A DNA stretch of 64,000 bases from Armatimonadota bacterium (GTDB taxonomy: Bacteria; Armatimonadota; UBA5829; DSUL01): NCBI GenBank assembly GCA_039811685.1, contig JBDHZC010000001.1, positions 576,001 through 640,000 of the forward strand. Direction: 5' to 3'. Shown here one piece after another: positions 40,565 to 50,106 of this stretch (positions within the stretch are counted from its first letter, which is position 1; each line of letters opens with the position of its first letter). The notes beneath the pieces were generated by a model. The model was not told the origin of the DNA. It saw only the letters and a list, made by a program, of their open reading frames with translations, and did not search any database. Both the position numbers and the translations under genes were made by a program.

Positions 40565-41503
40565 TTGATCATCACCGTTACCCTTAATACAGCCGTTGAC
40601 AAGACGTTCACCGTGCCGAACTTTGCCCTTGACCGCGTCCACCGGCCTACTGAAGGTCGCATCGTCGCAGGCGGGAAGGGTATCAATGTTGCGCGGGTGC
40701 TTCACACACTGGAGACAGACGCTCTGATAGTTGGATTCGCGGGCGGCCACAACGGTTCTTTTGTTCGGGACAGCCTCGAGCGCGAAGGCCTGCCCTATGA
40801 CCTGACTACCACCGCCGGGGAATCTCGGGTTTGCGTGACTGTTATTGACCCCGAGGCCGGAACGCAGACCGAGATCAATGAAAACGGACCCGACATCCAA
40901 CCGGAAGAATTGGAAGCTCTGGAAGAGAGCCTTCTGCGGCACCTGGACGACGCAGAAGGTATCGTACTTAGTGGCAGTATCCCTCCAGGCGTGCCAGACA
41001 GCATTTACGCACGCTGGATTCGAACGGCGCACGAGAGGGGCAAATGGGCCGTTTTGGATTCAAGTGGAGAGCCTATGGCCCAGGGGATGGAAGCTCTGCC
41101 AGACGTCGCAAAGCCGAACTCCCGCGAGTTTGCGGAGCTGACGGGCAATGAGCTGCTGACAACGGCAGAAATTCTGGAGCAAGCGCGGACATACGTTTCA
41201 AAAGGGGTCGGCACGATGCTGATTTCGATGGGACGCTCGGGAGCTCTGGCGACTGACGGCAAGACCGAGTGGCAGGCGACGCCACCAGAGATCGATTTCG
41301 TCAGCGCTGTGGGTTCCGGCGACGCATTTGTTGCCGGTTTTCTGTTTGGGCGTCACCATGGTTATGATTTGGCCGACTCACTGCGTATAAGTACTGCGGC
41401 AGGCGCTGCGAACGCAATGACTTTTGGTGCAGGATTCTGCTCTAAGGAGTGCATCATGTCATTGGCTTCGCAGGTGCAGATCAGTCACCCAGGCGAGGAG
41501 TAA
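40565..41503 (+). CDS. 1-phosphofructokinase family (PfkB) hexose kinase
   Basis: ITVTLN.AVD, GGKGINVARVL, KPNSRE, SAVGSGDAFVAG. Promoter-like TTGACC-17-TATCCT at 40481-40509. Confidence 0.92.
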   Translation: MIITVTLNTAVDKTFTVPNFALDRVHRPTEGRIVAGGKGINVARVLHTLETDALIVGFAGGHNGSFVRDSLEREGLPYDLTTTAGESRVCVTVIDPEAGTQTEINENGPDIQPEELEALEESLLRHLDDAEGIVLSGSIPPGVPDSIYARWIRTAHERGKWAVLDSSGEPMAQGMEALPDVAKPNSREFAELTGNELLTTAEILEQARTYVSKGVGTMLISMGRSGALATDGKTEWQATPPEIDFVSAVGSGDAFVAGFLFGRHHGYDLADSLRISTAAGAANAMTFGAGFCSKECIMSLASQVQISHPGEE

Positions 41504-41511
41504 TTGGGCTC

Positions 41512-42003
41512 GTGAGTCTCGGACCCGGAGAAATTGTTGTACTGTTTATCCTGGGACTTCTTGTCTTTGGACCCAAGAAGCTTCCAGAAGTGGGCCGCAC
41601 GCTGGGCGAAGTTCTGCGTGACTTGAAGCGTATGTCCTCAGACGTCACGTCAGCGTTTGAAGACGCTATGCAGGACAAGCCCGAGCGGTCTAAGTCGCAC
41701 GAATGGGATGACGTTGACACCAGTTATCTCACCAGCACACCGGAAGGTGAAGCGGCGAAGGATGGAGCTGAGGTTCACAGCGAAGCTGCTCCCTATGAGA
41801 CAGACGGATATCGCCGCAACGCCGGCGTGACGGACGAAAGCGTTGCGGAGAATAATGAGAACCGCTCAGTATCGGATGGTGAAGACGTGCTGAGCGATGC
41901 GGAAGAACTGGCTGTGCACGGCCAAGAGGTTGAGTACGCCAGCGGCGAGGCATCCGATGGTGCAAAAGAGGCCATGGATGCGGAAAGGACACACCAAACG
42001 TGA
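41512..42003 (+). CDS. TatA/TatB family subunit with long acidic tail
   Basis: GPGEIVVLFILGLLVFGPKKLPEVGRTLG. Confidence 0.85.
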   Translation: MSLGPGEIVVLFILGLLVFGPKKLPEVGRTLGEVLRDLKRMSSDVTSAFEDAMQDKPERSKSHEWDDVDTSYLTSTPEGEAAKDGAEVHSEAAPYETDGYRRNAGVTDESVAENNENRSVSDGEDVLSDAEELAVHGQEVEYASGEASDGAKEAMDAERTHQT

Positions 42004-42194
42004 TAGTTCAAAGTGGTCTTGGCATCCAGGAACTCTGGCCAATCGCGCTTATCGTTGTCATACTGTTTGGCGCCAAGCGTATTCCCGAGATGATGAAGGG
42101 CGTCGGCGAGGGAATGAAAGAATTCAAGAAGGCAACTCAGGACGACGGCGAAGACAAGAAGAACGAAACGCCGCTGCCTTCCGAGAATAAGTAA
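42000..42194 (+). CDS. tatA: Twin-arginine translocase TatA
   Basis: ILFGAKRIPEMMKGVGEGMKEFKKA. Confidence 0.9.
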   Translation: MIVQSGLGIQELWPIALIVVILFGAKRIPEMMKGVGEGMKEFKKATQDDGEDKKNETPLPSENK

Positions 42195-42309
42195 GACGCA
42201 CAACCTAACCTGGGCGCGCGTGAGGAACGTGGCCAGGTGAATTTGGAGAAGGAAACTTGCGGCGCCGGGTCTCGAATACGACGCGCAAGGTGGGGTAATT
42301 GACGGCTAC

Positions 42310-42537
42310 ATGAACACTATTTTACTGGCAATCCAGATCATCACAGCGATAATTCTGATTGTTATTGTGATGTCCCAGACGACCAAGAGCGAGGGACTGG
42401 GAGCGTCTATCGGCGGGAAGCCTACCTCCAGCTTTCGCGGCAAGGCTGGCTTCGAGGAAAAGCTGGAGATGTACACGATGTACGCCGCCGTCGCGTTCTT
42501 CGTTGCGAGCGCGTTGGTAGCGATTACGAGCCCGTAG
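42310..42537 (+). CDS. secG: Preprotein translocase SecG
   Basis: Two TM helices with a QTTKSEGLGASIGG loop. Confidence 0.9.
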   Translation: MNTILLAIQIITAIILIVIVMSQTTKSEGLGASIGGKPTSSFRGKAGFEEKLEMYTMYAAVAFFVASALVAITSP

Positions 42538-42687
42538 CGTCAGGCAGCGACAGAGTAGGCCAAAAGCCCACTGCCGAGATATTCCCGCCAGAAATGGCGA
42601 AGCCCCGGTCTGCACGCTCAAGATGCATCCGGGGCGTATTTGTGAAGAACGGATCGAGGCGCGACCGGCGCACTGCCGGCGCGTCAG

Positions 42688-42891
42688 CTAAGCTGCGAGC
42701 CGATGATCCTCGATCTGCAAATCTGCATCCAGCTCCGCACGCGCCTGTTCCAGAAATGGACATCCCGCGCAACTCTCCTTGTTGCAGTTGAAGCATTCCT
42801 TCAGTAGAGGTTCCTCCGCGCCTTTCGTAGCACGAACGCCCACTACCACCACAAATACGATCCATCCTGCAACAATCGAAGCTATCAGCAT
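42688..42891 (-). CDS. Small membrane-anchored Cys-rich protein (67 aa)
   Basis: From ATG 42891: TM helix followed by CFNCNKESCAGC. Confidence 0.55.
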   Translation of the reverse strand: MLIASIVAGWIVFVVVVGVRATKGAEEPLLKECFNCNKESCAGCPFLEQARAELDADLQIEDHRLAA

Positions 42892-43056
42892 ATCAGAATT
42901 CTCACGAGCCAGAAGTTCGGCAAAAAAGTCTGCCAGGCTCCTAAATACAGTATCGGCGGCTGGCTCAAGCAAACACAGGCTACTCCACGCGCACAGCTCT
43001 ATCTGGTTGATACCGTACCTCTAGGGAATCGGCTGCAGGCAAAAGCTCGGGGATGT

Positions 43057-43800
43057 CTAGCGGGCAGAGGCGGCAACGCTTCGGATTGCCTCGGCAAGGT
43101 CGATCCGGCCGTCATATAGGGCCTTGCCGACGATGGCGCCTTCAATGCCTTTTGCGTGAAGGGCGCCCAGACTGAGAAGATCGTTCACAGAGGAGACCCC
43201 GCCGCTGGCCACGACAGGAACCGCAACAGAGTCAGCCATAGCAGTCATTGCCGTAAGATTCGGACCTCTGAGAGAGCCATCGCGGGCGATATCTGTATAG
43301 ATAATGCGTCTGCACCCAAGCCGCGTCAGCCTGAGAGCCAGATCAACCGCGTCAACTTCTGACTGTTCCTGCCAGCCTGCCACAGCCACCTTGCCATCAC
43401 GGGATGCGATATCCAGAATGGCCGCATCGCCAAACTCCTCGAATACTTCTGAGGCGAAGTCTTCATCCAGCGCTTTCGTGCCTATGGAAAACCTCTGAAA
43501 GCCAGCGTCAACGCACATTCTCGCGCTCTCCATTGTGCGAATCCCTCCGCCGATATCTGAAGGAATAGAGAGCGCGCGGGCAATGCGCGATGCGACCTCG
43601 AGATTCCTCGGCACTCCTGACTTCGCGCCGTCCAGATCCACAACGTGCAGGCGTACCGCTCCATCATCCTGCCACCGCTTTGCCATTCCGACCGGATCGT
43701 CAGAATAGACCGTCGGGCGGGCATAGTCCCCCTGAATCAAGCGTACGCACTTGCCGTCAATCAGATCGATGGCGGGGATCACCTCAAAGTGCAGCGCCAT
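43057..43800 (-). CDS. hisA: ProFAR isomerase
   Basis: IPAIDLIDGKCVRL, HVVDLDGA, GGGIR, TDIARDG. Confidence 0.96.
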   Translation of the reverse strand: MALHFEVIPAIDLIDGKCVRLIQGDYARPTVYSDDPVGMAKRWQDDGAVRLHVVDLDGAKSGVPRNLEVASRIARALSIPSDIGGGIRTMESARMCVDAGFQRFSIGTKALDEDFASEVFEEFGDAAILDIASRDGKVAVAGWQEQSEVDAVDLALRLTRLGCRRIIYTDIARDGSLRGPNLTAMTAMADSVAVPVVASGGVSSVNDLLSLGALHAKGIEGAIVGKALYDGRIDLAEAIRSVAASAR

Positions 43801-43808
43801 GCCCGGTC

Positions 43809-44441
43809 TCATTGAGGTTGCATCTCACAGAAGTTGCGCAGAATTCTCAGCCCGACGGCGCCACTCTTCTCCGGGTGAAACTGCGCGGCGTGAATATTGT
43901 CGAGAGAGAGCGCAGCGCAGAACGTCTGTCCGTGCGTACACGTGGCCGCTATGGCATCAGCAGGTGGATTCGCGTGGTAGGAATGTACAAAGTACACATT
44001 CGCGTTGTCCTGAATTCCCCTAAGCAACGCGGTGTTTCGGACGATTTCAAGTGAGTTCCATCCGATATGAGGGATTTTGATGCCAAGAGGCGGCGTGGAG
44101 TCTTTGAAAAACATGGAGACCTCGCCTGGGATTACGCCAAGCCCGTCCCAGTCGCCGAGTTCATCGCTGCGAGTCATCAAGAGCTGCATGCCCAGACAGA
44201 TTCCCAGAAACGGCCGGCCCGAAGCGCAATACTCCTGAAGCGGCTCTACAAGGTCCAGTTTACGCAGATTAGCCATCGCGGCGCCGAACGCGCCGACACC
44301 CGGCAGAATGAGCTTCTCGGCCCTGCTCACTGTCTGAGCATCGCTGGTAAGTCTGGCCTCATATCCCAGCCTGGCCAGAGCCTTGGCGACGCTGGCCAGA
44401 TTGCCCATACCATAGTCAACGACCGCAATCGGCTCTGGCAC
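43809..44441 (-). CDS. hisH: IGP synthase glutamine amidotransferase subunit
   Basis: DYGMGN, LPGVGAF, GICLGMQ, QFHPEKS. Confidence 0.96.
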   Translation of the reverse strand: MPEPIAVVDYGMGNLASVAKALARLGYEARLTSDAQTVSRAEKLILPGVGAFGAAMANLRKLDLVEPLQEYCASGRPFLGICLGMQLLMTRSDELGDWDGLGVIPGEVSMFFKDSTPPLGIKIPHIGWNSLEIVRNTALLRGIQDNANVYFVHSYHANPPADAIAATCTHGQTFCAALSLDNIHAAQFHPEKSGAVGLRILRNFCEMQPQ

Positions 44442-44446
44442 TGAGG

Positions 44447-45037
44447 CTACAGCACGCCCTTGGTCGAGGGCACACCTACGACTCTCGGGTCCGGCGAAGT
44501 CGCCTCGCGCAGAGCGCGCGCGAAAGCTTTGAAGGACGCTTCGATGACGTGATGAGAGTTTTCACCACTCAGAGTGCGAACATGCAGTGTCACACCAGCA
44601 GCACTGGCAAAGGCGCGATAGAACTCGGGAATGAGCTGTGTATCGAGTTGCCCCACCCTGTCTTCGAGTTTGCCCAGAAAGCAGCAGAGCAGTCCGCGCC
44701 CGCTGAGGTCCAGCGAAACGAGCACCAGCGCCTCATCCAGAGGCACCGCCGCCCAGCCATAGCGCCGGATCCCCTTCTTGTCACCTATGGCTTCTGCGAA
44801 AGCCTGGCCAAGAGTAATGCCCGTGTCTTCAACCAGGTGGTGGTCATCGATGTGGAGGTCACCCTTGCCCTGTACGCTCAGGTCAAACAACCCGTGGCGG
44901 GCCAGTTGATCCAGCATATGGTCAAAGAAACCGACTCCTGTACTGATTTGAGACTCTCCGGTCCCATCCAGATTGACAGCTACTGAAATATCGGTCTCTC
45001 TGGTCTGTCTGTGCTTACTCGCCTGCCGCTGCTGCAC
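44447..45037 (-). CDS. hisB: Imidazoleglycerol-phosphate dehydratase
   Basis: RQTRETDI, GFFDHML, DDHHLVED, NSHHVIE. GTG 45037 follows AAGGAG. Confidence 0.96.
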   Translation of the reverse strand: MQQRQASKHRQTRETDISVAVNLDGTGESQISTGVGFFDHMLDQLARHGLFDLSVQGKGDLHIDDHHLVEDTGITLGQAFAEAIGDKKGIRRYGWAAVPLDEALVLVSLDLSGRGLLCCFLGKLEDRVGQLDTQLIPEFYRAFASAAGVTLHVRTLSGENSHHVIEASFKAFARALREATSPDPRVVGVPSTKGVL

Positions 45038-45186
45038 GACGCCGCTCCTTCCTGAAAATACACTGCTATGCCAAGTTTCACCTGAACTCTGGAACTCTAG
45101 CTGCCTTTGATTTTGCGCGTACCTCACAACAACCGCTTTGCGCGCTGGAGAGGCTCACTGCAAGTCCGTGACCCGCAAACCCGGGG

Positions 45187-46479
45187 TTACTCTGCGTCAC
45201 TGCCAAGCCGCATCTCAAGGGCCATCCTGTGCGCCACCAGCCCTTCGGCCTCGGCCAGGGCCATAGCCGCCCGAGCGTCCGTTGCGTAACCCTGACGCGA
45301 ATACCAGATGAGGCTGCTGCGTTTCTGGAATTCGGCGACTCCAAGCGCAGAGGAGAACCTGGCCGACGTTCCAGTCGGCAGGGTGTGACTCGGCCCCGCG
45401 ACATAGTCGCCCAGTGGAACCGGACTGTACTCCCCAACAAAGATGGCTCCTGCGTTCCGGATGTAGCCCAGCCAGTCCATCGGGTTGGCTACCAGAAGTT
45501 GCAGGTGCTCGGGAGCGCAGATATTCGTCAGATGGACGGCGTCATCTCCCCTGTCCACGACTATAATGGCCCCGCGAGTCGCCAGAGATTGCCGAATATA
45601 GTCTGCACGCGGCTGCGTCTCAAGCAGCGCACTGATTGAGGACAAAACCTGGTCGGCGACGACTCGCGACCAGGTAATCAGGATGGACTTGGACTCTCCA
45701 CCGTGCTCCGCCTGCGCAATGAGGTCGGAGGCAATCCACTCAGGACGGCACGAGCCGTCTGTAAGAATCAGCACCTCGCTTGGCCCGGCGAGCGCGTCAA
45801 TTCCTATCTGCCCAAAGAGAAGACGCTTTGCGACATTCACATACTGATTACCGGGACCAACTACCTTGTCCACCCTGCTCACAGTCTGCGTTCCAAAGGC
45901 AAACGCCGCGATCGCCTGCGCTCCGCCCATTTTGTACACACGCGAGACTCCAGACAGAGCGCACGCGCTCAGTACCAGCGGCGATACCTGTCCGTCCGGC
46001 CCGCACGGCGTAGCCACCGCAATACGGCCAACTCCGGCGACAGCGGCCGGCAAGGCTGTCATAAGTACAGTGCTTGGATACAGCGCCCGCCCTCCCGGCA
46101 CGTAGATTCCGACGGAATCCAGCGGTTGAACAATCTGTCCGAGAGTAACACCGTCTGCAGCGTGAAACCAGGAAGACTCCTTCTCCCGCATGTGAAAGTC
46201 GCGGATATTGTCCGCGGCTCTGCGCATAGAATCGAGAATGTCCTGGGAAACGAGCGTGGACGACTGTTGTATCTCCTGCTCCGGGACGACCAGCGAGTCC
46301 AGTCTGTCACTGTCAAAGCGTCTTCCGAGATCCAGAACCGCCGAATCCCCTTCGTTTCTGACTCTCTCGATTATCTGCCGGACGCTGTCTTCAATAGTGG
46401 GGTCTTCGAGCGCTGATCCCGCGGTCAGTACCGCCAGAATATCCTGTTCTGAATCCACGCCCTGTTCGAATATGCGCAT
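45187..46479 (-). CDS. hisD: Histidinol dehydrogenase
   Basis: GIYVPGG, GPGNQYV, AGPSE, QAEH, APEHL, GPSHTLPT. Confidence 0.97.
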   Translation of the reverse strand: MRIFEQGVDSEQDILAVLTAGSALEDPTIEDSVRQIIERVRNEGDSAVLDLGRRFDSDRLDSLVVPEQEIQQSSTLVSQDILDSMRRAADNIRDFHMREKESSWFHAADGVTLGQIVQPLDSVGIYVPGGRALYPSTVLMTALPAAVAGVGRIAVATPCGPDGQVSPLVLSACALSGVSRVYKMGGAQAIAAFAFGTQTVSRVDKVVGPGNQYVNVAKRLLFGQIGIDALAGPSEVLILTDGSCRPEWIASDLIAQAEHGGESKSILITWSRVVADQVLSSISALLETQPRADYIRQSLATRGAIIVVDRGDDAVHLTNICAPEHLQLLVANPMDWLGYIRNAGAIFVGEYSPVPLGDYVAGPSHTLPTGTSARFSSALGVAEFQKRSSLIWYSRQGYATDARAAMALAEAEGLVAHRMALEMRLGSDAE

Positions 46480-46582
46480 AGCGATTCCAATTATAGCTTA
46501 TTCGACAACGCGAGAATCATAAGTGGATGTTCAAACGGCTCAACAGGCGCAGCCGCGGGGTGAACGACTTGAGAAGAGGATA

Positions 46583-46612
46583 TTGACGGGGCGCAGTGCA
46601 AGCAACTATGAT
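46583..46612 (+). promoter_or_regulatory. Sigma70-type promoter of the tld operon
   Basis: TTGACG-18 nt-TATGAT. Confidence 0.6.
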
Positions 46613-46664
46613 GCAACCAGTCAGCCCGACGGCCAGCTGCGGGCACGGCGCAGGAGGATAGGGA

Positions 46665-47321
46665 TTGGCGAGCGAACCAGAGCGCCCGTTGGCGGCCAGC
46701 GAAGAGACTCCTCATACAAACGAGAAGCCTGATTCAGAGTCCGCAGATACAGATTCTCCCGTTGAGGACAAGCCCGCTGCGGACATAGACGACCTGCCGG
46801 TTCGCTCTTCCGCACGCATATCTTCCTCCAGTGCGCTTGCCTCCAGACGCAACAGAACGGCCATCGCATGCGTTGGGTGCGTATCGGCTGTTGTCCTGGG
46901 CATGCTGGCGGCAATTTTGATGTTTGCTGTCTCGACGAAGAACGGCACGCTCCCTGAGCCTCTTCGCCAGGGAGAGATTGCAAGATGCTCCGATCAGATG
47001 CAAAGGCTGACTGACGCCCTTCACCGCTACAGAAACAAGAACGATGTGTACCCACAACAGCTGCAGGACTTGTGGCCGGACTTTCTGACAGATCAGTCGA
47101 TCCTGTGGTGCCCTGCAGATGACGCGCGCAAAGGACCGACCAGCTATCACTATATTCGGCCCTCTCCGGACGCCCCCGATTCTGATATCGTGCTAAAATG
47201 CGATTTTCATAGTACGGCAAGGTCGCGACTGACGCTGGCGGCGACGCTGGGAGGCGAGATACTGCACCTGAGAGAGACTGACCCTTCACTGCGGCAACCC
47301 GCCAAAAGAGGTGAGAAATGA
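46665..47321 (+). CDS. Hypothetical membrane protein with pilin/pseudopilin-like globular domain
   Basis: AGGAGG SD, acidic N-tail, one TM, CSDQMQRL..AL.RY....YP..L..L.P.F.....LWCPAD...SY.Y. Confidence 0.7.
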   Translation: MASEPERPLAASEETPHTNEKPDSESADTDSPVEDKPAADIDDLPVRSSARISSSSALASRRNRTAIACVGCVSAVVLGMLAAILMFAVSTKNGTLPEPLRQGEIARCSDQMQRLTDALHRYRNKNDVYPQQLQDLWPDFLTDQSILWCPADDARKGPTSYHYIRPSPDAPDSDIVLKCDFHSTARSRLTLAATLGGEILHLRETDPSLRQPAKRGEK

Positions 47322-48763
47322 AAGAGTTCTGTGAGGCCGTTCTGGCGCGCGCCCGCGATCTCGGCGCATCCTACGCCGACGTCCGAATTCTTGAGAAGAA
47401 AACGGAATCTATCTCGACGCAAAACGGTGTCGTTGACGGCCTGGCGACTACAACCGATCAGGGCTTTGGCGTGCGGGTGATAGTCAACGGCGCATGGGGC
47501 TTTGCCTCCAGCGCTGAGATCACCAGAGAAGAAGGCGAGCGAGTGGCCGAATTGGCTGTGCGCATAGCTCGAGCCAGCGCCAGTGTCCCTGGAAGACCCG
47601 TTGCGCTGGCGCCGGCGGAAGCTTCCGAGGGGCGTTATGTCATGGCCTGCCGACGGGACCCTTTCGACGTTTCGCTCGATGAGAAAATCTCCCTGCTGCT
47701 GGATGCCGATCGCCTTATGCGACAGGAAAGGGAAATCTCACTGGCTGAGGGCTCTATGAGCTTTGAGCGCACCGAGAGCGTCTTCGCCTCTACAGAGGGC
47801 GCGTACATAGAGCAGGAAAAGACGGAGTCTGGCGCGGGGATATCGGCAACAGCTATCCGGGGCTCGGAAGTGCAGCGCAGGTCATTCCCGTGTTCTTTTG
47901 GCGGAGACTATGCCTCGGCTGGCTACGAGTTTGTACAGGATTGGGACATCGTAGAGCACGCGAGTAGGCTCGCACGGGAGGCCGTAGCGCTGCTGGATGC
48001 GCCGCTATGCCCTTCTGGACACAAGGATATCGTGCTGGAAGGCTCGATGCTGGCGCTGCAGGTGCATGAAAGCTGTGGACACCCGATCGAGCTGGATCGG
48101 GTCTTTGGGACAGAAGCGTCCTTTGCGGGGACCAGTTTCCTGACACCTGACAAGCTGGGAGACTTTCAGTACGGATCGGAAATCGTAAACATCGTAGCAG
48201 ACGCCACTTCTCCTGGCGGTCTGGGCGCTTTCTACTTCGACGATGAAGGAGTTGCGGCTCAGAGAACGGAGATCGTTACGGAGGGCATGTTCCGCGGGTA
48301 TCTTTCCTCCCGGGAGACAGCGCAGCAGTTGGGCTTGAGCGCCAGTAGCGGCGCAATGCGGGCAGACGGCTGGAACCGGATTCCTCTTATTCGCATGACC
48401 AATATCAACCTGGAACCTGGTGACTGGAATCTGGAAGAGATCATCGAGGATACGCAAGACGGCTTATTTATGATGGACGTCAAGTCGTGGTCTATTGATG
48501 ACAAGCGCCTGAACTTCCAGTTTGGACAGGAACAGGCTTATGAGATCAAAGATGGGCAGCTCGGACAGGTCTTCAAGAACCCGACGTACGCCGGGATTAC
48601 CTATGAATTCTGGCGCAGTTGTGACGCGATCGCAGGAGAAGAAGACTGGCATTTGTGGGGTGTTCCGAACTGTGGAAAGGGAGAACCGATGCAGGTGGCG
48701 CACGTCGGACACGGCGTCTCTCCAGCAAGATTCCGAAATGTCCAGGTGGGGATAACAAAATGA
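47318..48763 (+). CDS. tldD: TldD family metalloprotease subunit
   Basis: YADVR, G.GVRV..NGAWGFAS, HESCGH, FDDEG, IRMTN, CGKG. Confidence 0.92.
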   Translation: MKEFCEAVLARARDLGASYADVRILEKKTESISTQNGVVDGLATTTDQGFGVRVIVNGAWGFASSAEITREEGERVAELAVRIARASASVPGRPVALAPAEASEGRYVMACRRDPFDVSLDEKISLLLDADRLMRQEREISLAEGSMSFERTESVFASTEGAYIEQEKTESGAGISATAIRGSEVQRRSFPCSFGGDYASAGYEFVQDWDIVEHASRLAREAVALLDAPLCPSGHKDIVLEGSMLALQVHESCGHPIELDRVFGTEASFAGTSFLTPDKLGDFQYGSEIVNIVADATSPGGLGAFYFDDEGVAAQRTEIVTEGMFRGYLSSRETAQQLGLSASSGAMRADGWNRIPLIRMTNINLEPGDWNLEEIIEDTQDGLFMMDVKSWSIDDKRLNFQFGQEQAYEIKDGQLGQVFKNPTYAGITYEFWRSCDAIAGEEDWHLWGVPNCGKGEPMQVAHVGHGVSPARFRNVQVGITK

Positions 48764-50106
48764 GAAGCGCGGAGTTGATGGGAGAAGAGCGTCTGCACCA
48801 ACTTTGCGGCGTTGCTATAGATGCTGCGGAGGCAGATCAGACACAGATAGCCATTCGCGTGACAGATAGTAGCCTCACCAGGTTTGCTCACTCATCCATT
48901 CACCAGAATGTTTCGGAGCGCAATTTCGCCGTGGCGGTGAAGGTGGCAATTGGTAAGCGCATCGGCTACGCCCAGAGTAATACACTCAGCGATGAAGCCA
49001 TCCGCAAGGCCGTAGCTGCGGCTGAAAAGAGCGCCTCTGTACTGCCGGAAGACCCGGCCTTCAACAGCTTCGCCGACAGCAGTCCGTCCTACCCCGCAAC
49101 ACAGGCTTACTATGCATCCACAGCGGATTTTGGGCCGGAGAAACGAGCAGAAGCTGTCGGGAGAATTGTTGAGCAGGCGCAAAAGAGCGCCTCAGCGACG
49201 TGCAACGGGTCTGTGCGGATCAGCGCGCATGAGACGGCGATCATGAACTCTTTTGGTGTTAGAGCGTACGCGCCGTCCACAGAAGCCTCTCTTATCACAC
49301 TCTGCGAAAACCCTGACGAAGGAACAGGCTGGGCGGAAGCGCACTCACGAGACGTCACCTCGATTGACTGGAAAGCAGTGGCGCTGACAGCGGCAGAGCT
49401 AAGCGCGCGATCTGCAAATCCGCGGGACATTGAGCCTGGTGACTATCCCGTTATCCTGATGCCCTGCGCAAGCATAGACTTGCTTCAGATGCTTGGATGG
49501 ATGGGCTTTGACGCTCGAAGTTATCAGGAGAACCGCAGTTTTCTGAATGGGCGACTGGGACAACAGATTATGTCGGATACTGTATCTATCTGGGACGATG
49601 GAAGTGATCCGCGTGGCTGGAACCGGCCTTTTGATGCCGAAGGCGTGGCCAAACAAAAGGTGATGCTGGTGGAGAACGGTATCGCCAGAGGAGTAGTCTT
49701 TGACAGCTACACAGCCGCCCGGGAAGGCAGAGAGAGCACCGGGCACGCATCGCCCGGCGCCCAGTTCCGGCCCTACCCGACAAATCTATTTATGGCGACT
49801 GGAGACGCTACGGCCGAAGACATGATCGCCAGCACGGAAAAAGGAATCCTGGTCACCCGCTTCCATTACACAAACGTGCTCAAAGAGAACGAAACACTGT
49901 GTACAGGAATGACGCGGGACGGAACATTTCTGATAGAGAAAGGGCGGGTTGCCTACCCGGTGAAAAACCTGCGCTTTACAGACAGCATTCTACGGGCGTT
50001 TTCGGGTGTTGAGGCCCTGGGACGGGAGTTGGCGCAAGCTCCTGACGCATGCGCTCCCGCAATGAAGCTGGCTTCTTTCCGCTTCACTAGCGCAACAGAG
50101 TTTTAG
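48760..50106 (+). CDS. TldE/PmbA family subunit
   Basis: [39 protein letters not shown]-coupled to tldD. Confidence 0.9.
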   Translation: MRSAELMGEERLHQLCGVAIDAAEADQTQIAIRVTDSSLTRFAHSSIHQNVSERNFAVAVKVAIGKRIGYAQSNTLSDEAIRKAVAAAEKSASVLPEDPAFNSFADSSPSYPATQAYYASTADFGPEKRAEAVGRIVEQAQKSASATCNGSVRISAHETAIMNSFGVRAYAPSTEASLITLCENPDEGTGWAEAHSRDVTSIDWKAVALTAAELSARSANPRDIEPGDYPVILMPCASIDLLQMLGWMGFDARSYQENRSFLNGRLGQQIMSDTVSIWDDGSDPRGWNRPFDAEGVAKQKVMLVENGIARGVVFDSYTAAREGRESTGHASPGAQFRPYPTNLFMATGDATAEDMIASTEKGILVTRFHYTNVLKENETLCTGMTRDGTFLIEKGRVAYPVKNLRFTDSILRAFSGVEALGRELAQAPDACAPAMKLASFRFTSATEF

